The notes under the pieces are model-generated. The model made no database searches and was not told where the DNA came from. It saw only the letters and a list, made by a program, of their open reading frames with translations. 64,000 nt of DNA from Amphiscolops sp. MND2022 (taxonomy: Eukaryota). The first letter of the stretch is position 1, and the number at the start of each line of letters is the position of its first letter. The stretch covers positions 4,528,001 to 4,592,000 of the forward strand of contig OZ076409.1 of NCBI GenBank assembly GCA_964187785.1. The letters run 5' to 3'. Shown here one piece after another: positions 27,701 to 36,700 of this stretch. The position numbers were made by a program, and so were the translations under genes.

Positions 27701-30700
27701 GGAAAAGATCGCAATGTTTTTAATATTTCTGCTTTAGCAGGAATGTTATTGTAACCTCAAAGTTGGTCCTTTTTTTTCAGTCGTCAAATTTCGTCCTACT
27801 GAATAATTCAGATATTTTGTTCGGCAGTGAGTGTAAGCGTGGGAAAGCTGCCGACAACAATTCAATTCTAGTGCGATAGAACGAGCGAGTGGTAATTATC
27901 CATTCGTATGCTGACGTCATTGAGATGAAGCGAATGAGTGTTAATTATTCGTTCGTTGAGAGCTTCGCCTGCATTCAAATGCGAATGCGAAACTTCGTCT
28001 ACGCTTAGTTATATTTTCTTTAGTCCGAGAAGAATTAAAGGCGGTGTAAACTTGTACAGTGATTAATTGTGCTCTAAGTAATGATTAAACAGGAGTGTAT
28101 TGGTATTCCAGATATGATTCTTTTATTAATGATTTTTTGTTTTAAAAAAATAAAGATTAAAGCAGAAATAGTACTGAGCCCCGGAGGGGCCTATTTTTTG
28201 AATCTCAAATCATATTGTGGGCGATACAGAAATGGCTCATTCGGCTATTCCGCGTCTTATGCATCTTTCGTGTTTTCCTTTGCGAATGGATGGAGAAATT
28301 CCCATTAAAACAATTCGAATTTTGAAAGCAGATGAATAGGAAAAGCTTTTTAGAATACACGATGCAATGAAGTTTTCGAAGCGAACTTTCCTGTTTCTTA
28401 TAACATGCAAACGAACATGTCTTAGAGCTTGCGCTAAAGTTCAGAGTTGAAACGGTAAATATGGTAAATTCAAACTTTCTGGTTTTTATTCCGAATAAAT
28501 TCTGAATAATTCTAACTTTTTAAATATACAAAACACCATATATTTAACAACCCTGCTTATACGACGCGTTTTTTAGCTGTCATTCCATACTTAATGTACG
28601 GCTGTACACGCTTGCTCAAAAGCTCAATGTTTCCGGCTAATCGGTCCAATCGGCTGAAAACTTGTATCCGATTGACCTTTTGACCGCGTTGACCTCTAAA
28701 ATGTCTTGAGTGTTCTACTCCAGATTCAAGGTCAAAGTTTTTCAGGACCAATAAAAAGAATCAGCAAGACAACAAAGATGCCAATAGTGGTAACATTGTC
28801 AACAATTCCAGCGGCAATAGTCGATCTTCCAGCGCCCCCATGCGGCCTCAAAGTGCAATGCCTCCTTCTGCGCCCTCTACTGGATCAGCCAATAGGAAGA
28901 CGAGCTACCATCAGCCAATCCACGGCTTCCAAAGCGAGGAACCTGCCGCCATATTTGTCAGGTTAATAAAAAAACTTGAATTAACTAGGTTGACTAAACA
29001 CAGAGATGACCATAGCTTGAAATTCTATTATAGCAATGCTATATTAAACGTTATGTTATTAAAATGGCAGCATTTATTATAGCGGCTATAATATGAACAT
29101 ATATGGAATTTTTTATAATAGAATTCTATAATTGCCGCTATTATTGACCAATCATACCTCTCGATGAATAGAAGAATGAGAATTTTGCCTCGAAATTTGA
29201 AAACTAGACTCATCGTTGAATGTTATAATAATTAGTTCATGGTCTTCATTGTTTTGTTATTTTTTTTCGAAAAAAATTCAACTGTTTTCTCCTTAGCTGA
29301 CTACCCTAGATGGGCTCAAGGATTGAAGCTATAGTCATACTGCTGGATCTCCTGTATCTCTCGAAAATACTGACACAAAATATCAACTATGATTTCTTTG
29401 ACAAATTTAACTATTCAATGAACAACGAATATACTTATCACACGCGACTAGAACCCTATCATTTCTTGCAAGAAAAGAGGCCTCAACCCGCTACTGCAGA
29501 ACAAAATTTTTGGTTCCGAGCAAAACGTCTAGCCATGCAATTACCATCTTCAATTGACATTCGTGAATATGATACTCTAAAACCGAAGCTACTCTACTGG
29601 ATGTGGCGTGATTTTCATGACACCTTTGATGAGCTGAACACCTGCACTTGGAGAATGAAATGCGACTGTGTGACAAAAAATTACAGACTATTAAACAACT
29701 GAAACCCTGACTTTTCTACACGAGACTCTTATGTACTTCTGTAACAGACTACTGCTTCCAAAACAGAGTTGGACTTTGATAACTTCTAACTGAAGTTTCA
29801 AATTTACACTGAAATTTGTATAATAATACATCATGCTGTGTGCCACTTGATATATCTGGAAGGGGTTAAACCCCGTGTGGTGAAAACCACAGAATTCATA
29901 TTAATAATAATAATAATACCATTGACAAAAATTGGATCTATAATAGAATTCTTTTTATTTTTAGTTAATAGCAAAAGCTATAATAATTTCTATAATCAAT
30001 GATTGTAGGGTCATCTCTGAGTAAACATCATTCTAACTCAGAAGAGAAAATAACAAAACTTTTGCCCTATATGCAGAAGCGGATATCAATATCAATCAAT
30101 CATTCAGATGTAGTAATAATATGTATTTGAATTCATCTGATATGTGACCAAAGACAACCAAACAAAAGATTCAAGATTTAATAATCAAATACCAGAAAAG
30201 ACCTCCAATGGCCAGAGCCCGCTCAACGGAGGTCTAGTACAACTGAATCATTACAAAAACTTGAATGTCCTTTTTTAGTTTTTCTAATTTCAGGCTAAGA
30301 ATAACAGATAGAAATTTAATCAAAGTTATGTTTCAACAATTGACGTGAAAAATAGTTCGTTCAGCAGTTTGTGTTAGACCATTCTCACCCTTGAATACAA
30401 GGGACAAACTTGATGTTTTGATTTCATTTCATTCAAGAGATTTGTCAAAGCTTTGTATATAGGTTTCAGGTATTTTTCCGGGTATCTGACCCGCTATTAA
30501 TCCAGACAAAAATGTACCCGCTGGTAAGGGGCCAACAACCAATATTTTGAAGCATGAAAGAGTAACAAGACCGGAACGTCCAAGGTTGGCGCCATGTTTA
30601 AGGCACAAAAATATTCAAGGAACGGTTGGAAAGATTTGGAAAAAATTTTTTTTGAAAGTCGCTCAATGCTGAAAAACTCAAAAATTTCAAAGAAATGAAA

Positions 30701-33700
30701 GGGGTACCCTTTGATAGAATTCGAAAATGCAAAGAATGATTTCCATAAACAAGTTTGACATGGCTGAACATTTATTTGCATTTGTTTTCTGATTCTCTAG
30801 ACATGCATCGATTGACACGGGTGTCCACAGAGGTTTGCTTACTGTTGCATTGATGAGGATAAATAATTGTACATGTTCCCAATTCCGTGCCTTTTCTCCC
30901 AATTTCTTCCTTCTCCTAAAATTTCCTTATATGGCTAAAATTCATCCGGGCCCAAATTCACCAAATTATATATGTACGCAATCACCTGTGCGAATTGCAT
31001 AGACTGTCGGAATGAAGGTTACCTACTGTGTCGTTGCTTGTACCTCCTTTAGAGCAAAAACTCCTTTTTAGTTTGAATTCGTTTTGACATGAATCAGAAT
31101 TAGAATAGAGTTTTCCCTTAACTTGGCAATGCCGTTAGGCTTGAATTTTAGGTTTTTTTTCCGTTAAACTCTTCGAGGAAATCAAGAAATTCCATTATCT
31201 GAGACTGATTTCATCTGATACAAAATAGTTCGTTTAAAAGCCCAATGAATGAGTACGTCAAAGATCGTTTTCATTGTTTTTGACCTTCGAATCGAGACTA
31301 ATTTAATTCGAATCCTATCTTTATTTGCAAGAAGCTTTTCGCTTTTTTGTGCTTATCAAACTATCATTCAAGAGAAAAACAATAAAACTACAATCCCACA
31401 ATTGTACAACAATACATGTTACTCGTGTATATTTCAGCTTCTGTTAAGTAAAGCACTCAATCGCTTTGACTGAATGCCATGTGCTATTCCTGCATCCTTT
31501 AGCTTTGAATCAAAGGAAGGGTCCCAGCTTAAATTTTTTTTGATTCTAAGAAGAGACGAAATTTGGTTCATCATTTTGGATTCAAATCACCTTCGCTGTG
31601 TTTCTAACAGAGTCTTGACTCCGCTGATAAGCGAATTAGCGGCCGCCTGTATTTTTCAGCGATTTTATTAGCGATTCAAACTGCAAAGAAGTCTTGACTA
31701 GTTGATAATGTGTCGAAACGTGTTGTCTCGCTTCCGAAAAGTTTTCAAATGAGGCTAATAGCCAAAACTTTTCGGGAGCGAGACAACACGTTTCGACACA
31801 TTATCAACTAGTCAAGTTGTTACTCTGTTTCAATCAGAGTGGCTATTTGGTTATTTTTGTCGGCTACCAGACAAAAGCGCCCAAAATACACACTCAAAAG
31901 CGCCCCAGTGACGAGCGACCCAATCAAAGATTACAAGGGATATGCTGAATCCGTTGCATCAACTTTAAGTTCCTCGCTCTAATTAAATATTCGTCAGTTT
32001 TTCCTTTTAAAGCAACTCATTGGCTAATTGTTTCATTAGGAAATTGATGTAATTCCCTCAGTAATGCCGAAATTAGAAACTCAAGTTGTTTTCAATTCAA
32101 ATTGTGGTTGGCCGTGGGAACATGAAACCTGGCAATGCCATTGGAATATTATTTCATTTGAGCAATCTCAATTTGGCTTAATCAGAGGTTGGGAAGTTAG
32201 CTCGAAATTAGCCAGGCGTTTTGCCTTGGGCGCTTATGGCTGTATAAATGGGCTCCTTTGACGGGTGCTTTTGTCTTGTCACCAGGGTTTTGACATCGCT
32301 AATTTCGCTAAACCACTAATTTCAATTCGCTGAAAAAATTTTCCGTCAAACTGCTAGACGTTTGACTTCAAGTATGTTTCAAAATCAAATGATAACTTGC
32401 TTTAGTTTTTGCACGAAAAAGGAAAGAATTGAGTTTTTATTGTGTGTGGGTTTTACAAAGGTAAGTTTCGGAATTTTTCGAAATTCATTTTGAAACTCCA
32501 TGTATGCTCGAGGAAATTTTGAATTTGAATCGCTAATGAAATCGCTGAAAAATTCCTGCGCGGCCGCTGAACCGCTAATTAGTGGTGTCAAAACGCTGCT
32601 TGTCATTGTCGCCAATCCCTAATCAAACCATTGATCTCCTACATCATCTCCCTCCATCTAAGTTTGTTTGTTTTTGCTTTTCAGCCATGATAAGATGAGG
32701 GAAGCGCCCCCTGTCGCGCACAGAATGGGGGGTGGGGTTGTCACCCTGAATACCAACAACATGCACATAAACCCAACGGGAGTCACCGTCGCCCATCGAC
32801 ACTCTCCCCACAGAACTAATGCCTCGCCCTCTCACAGTCGAAACTCTTACCACTCCCCCATGAGTTCTGCCTCTCCCACTGACGATATACACAACCAGTG
32901 ATGATCATTTTTTTTATTTCTGCGACAGCAGGAATATTATTGAAATCTAACAATTTGACTTTTTTCACTTCAATTTTTGTCGTGATCTCGAGTACTTACT
33001 GAAAAGATAAGTGACTATAAGCGTGAGAATTAAATTTCTCAAGCTGCCGACGACATTCCAATTCTCGTGCGATGGAACGAGCGAGTGGTAATTATCCATT
33101 CGTATGCTGACGTCATTGAGATGAAGCGAGCGAATGTTCGTAATTGTGCTTTCGTTGCTCCGAGTTATTGAGATGAAGCGAATGAGTGTTAATTATTCGT
33201 TCGCCGAGAGCTTCGCCTGCACTCAATTGCGAATGCGAAACTTTATCTACACTTAGTAGTTTTCTTTTCTTTATAGTCCGAGAAAAATCAAAGGCGGTGT
33301 AAACTGGTAGTGATTAATTGTGCGCTATATAAATGATTAAGAAATGCTTCCATTATTGGAGATGAAAGCCTAAAAGCAGAAATAATACTGTGCACCGAAG
33401 GGGCCTATTTTCTCACTTTTTGATCCAGTACTTATAAGCTGGAACACAGCATTCCGATAAAAAACATCACCCGGGCCAAATTCCCCTTTATTTTCTCGAT
33501 TTTTTTCGGCACTGTGCGACTTTGATCTCTTTTCATCAAAGGCCCTCTGTTTCAGTAAATTTATTGCAGAAGGCTTTCAGTTGAGTCAGTTCTCCTGCTG
33601 ACGATAAACATAACCAGTGATGATCGTTTTGTCAATTTAGTGGGCACAGTATTGTTTTTTTAATGCGAAAATAATGAAAGCTCTGCGCGTACTGAATCCG

Positions 33701-36700
33701 AGAGAAAAGATTTTTTGCCTTTGTTACAAGGAGGGCGTGTCAGTGAAAAAGTAGTTTGGGCGTCGGTACGTAACATACGCAGAGTTGGAACCGGGTCATG
33801 ATTTTCTACCCGAAGCCCGGCCCGAGCCCGTTTCAAAAATCCTAACACGACCCGATATTTTTGAACATTTTCAATACCCGACGAAAATGCACGAAAACGA
33901 ATTTGATACCCGAAACTAAATTGTAAATGATAATCAGCTATAAGCATAATGAGAATTCAAAAATCCCAGTTTTTACAAAATTCAAAAACTCGACATCAAA
34001 CAGTTTTTGGCAGACATCTGGGCTCTACGAGCTGTGCGAATAAGACAAGCTTGATTAAAATTTTGTTAACTTTGAGCAACTAAAAGGAATCAATTGCGAA
34101 AATTATAGAGTCCAGGTTAATGTATAAATTTTGAATTTATTTTCCGAATTGTTATACCCGGCCCGGAAAAATTTAAGCTCGAAAAAGCCCGGTTATAAGC
34201 CCGCCCGGCAACATTTGATGACGTGCTTGGTTCCAACTCTGAATATACGTAATATATGTTTGAATGATCACCACTGTTTGTACCAGCCAGCTCAGCTACC
34301 ATTACCACCCCGGGGGGTACAACTCTGCCCGGTCGAGTGTGAGAAGAGACTCAAACTCCTCGAGCATTGGATCCGCTGCCCAGGTAGTGTAATAAACTGA
34401 ACATTTCCAAGACACAGAAATCAGTGTGTGATCGATTTAATAATTAGGAGTGGGAAAAAAATTTCGACAACTTATGCAATCGTACCTTTTTTCTCTCGAC
34501 CTTTCAATGAAAATTTCAAATTTCCTTGAAAACTGTACAAGCGTTTTTAATACAATTTCGCATAGCCATTCTACACCCAAAGATGTTCCTGTATGCGTAA
34601 TGGCATCAAAATCCTATGACTAAAATCTGAGAAACATAGCCAAAGTTAGTGCAAAATGGTCGTTTTTGACTTTTTTCAATTTTCTCAGAAACTGTGCACA
34701 CGATTCGAAAGAATTTTTTACCGCATTCTACATCATATTAGCGTCCTATGTGTGCAATGACATCAAAATCGTATGACTGGGATTTGAGAAACAGCCAAAC
34801 TTTGTCCAAAATGACTATAAAGTGCGTAATTTGTTTTCCAACTTTTCAATCCGTTTCCAACTTTCTTACTGCACATGCGGCTCTGGTTTAATTAATAGGG
34901 CCAAAATGTTTTTCAGGACATAAACATCTCTTGAGAGTAGCATTTAACTCCCATTTCTGACAGCCGGAAAAGCAGGTTAATCCTGTAGGCGAAGCCTGGG
35001 ATATAATCGCTCCAAAATTGTACCTGGACTTCAGATAGTGAAGTTTAAAAAATTGTTCCATGGAAACTAAAGAAATTAAAACTGAATTCGAAGTTTTTTC
35101 TTGCTATGTGTAGTGAAAACATGCGATTAACAAATGAACTAAACAAGCAATAAAAATGAATTTCTTGTTCTCAAATATCAACATTGTAGTATTACAATTC
35201 TTGTGAATTACTCACACCTTTAGTCTGAAATCGCCCTCTCGATGGTGTTGAACTGAAAATGGGAACGTGCGGGAATGATCCTTAGGCGAGGTTCAATGGA
35301 GGGAACACAGAGCTAAGTTTTTTCACCTCGAAATCTCAGTCAAAGCTTGCAAGAATCTTGAAAGATCCATACTTTTCTTGCAAAAATCTTGCCATTTCAA
35401 TCCTGCTTAGAAGAATCATTGCAAGAATAATGCATTGACTTTTTTCAAGAATTGTCTTTTTTTAACCTAGGGAACCAAAACTAAATATATGTTGATTGTA
35501 AATGTGCAAATTCAGTTTATAACACCACCCCTTCCAGGTATGCCAGTCTCATTCGCCCCTCGCTGAAACTGGCTTTCACCCTCCAGTATCTTCCCTGTCC
35601 ACAGAAAGTGGTGGTCGTGCCAGCAACGGCAGCAACGATGTCTCATCTGTGGCCGCCGCTGCAGCCTATTTCGACAGAGTCTATACCTCCAATCTCAACA
35701 ACCAGCCAACCCCCCATTATCAGCCCCGCAAACCTAGGTATGCCTGCTTATTCACCACGAAAAATCGCTTTTCTCTTTCGTCCTATGCAGTTTCAACCGT
35801 TGCCATTTCAACCGCTCGCAATTCCGACCTTAACTAATTTTTTTGGCTATTTCGTCTTAATTCGGTTGAGCTATTATTTCATCATAATAGTTGGTATTGA
35901 ATAAAACAGCCTTAATTATTGGTAATTATTCATGAAAAAGCCAAAATGTGTCAAAAATGGTGTAAAAAGTAAGCACATTTAGATTTAGAAATGTATGAAA
36001 ATGAAAACTACTTCAAATAATTTTATAACTAATAGGATCCATTAGCCAGAATTAGTATAAGTCGAAATTGCGGACGGTTGAAAATGCAACAGGTTGAAAT
36101 TGTGAGTGGTTGTAATGGCAGCGGTTGAAATTGCATAGGTTGAAAGTGTATAGGACGAAATGTCATGTAACTCTTTTGAAAGCGAGAATATTTTCTGGTT
36201 ACATGGTATTTCGTCCTTTGCCATTTCAACCGTTGACAATTTCAACCTATTGCATTTCCAACCTTCCGCAATTTCGATCTATTCAAATTTTGGCTAATTA
36301 CTCCTAATTCGGATAAGTTATTATTTCAGTACAATAGCTAGTAATATATCAAAGTGCTTTAAATATCGGTAATTATTCATGAAAAAGTCAAAATGTATCG
36401 AAACTAGCGTGAAAATTAACACGTTTGAAGATTAGGACATTGGATTGTCCAAATTCAAATATTCCTCAGAGTGTACATGGAGTTTCATAATGAAATTCAA
36501 AAATTCTATCTCTTACTTTTGTAAAACTCACACAGTATGAAAAACTATAGTCTTCTTGCAAAAATTGAATAAAGGCATGCTTGAATTTTTATATACTGTG
36601 GAATCCGCCTAATTCGTATCGCTAGGGACCGAATAACATTGTACGAATAATGAGAAATTTGAACAGATTTATTCGAATTAAAATTTAAGCGTGTGCCATT

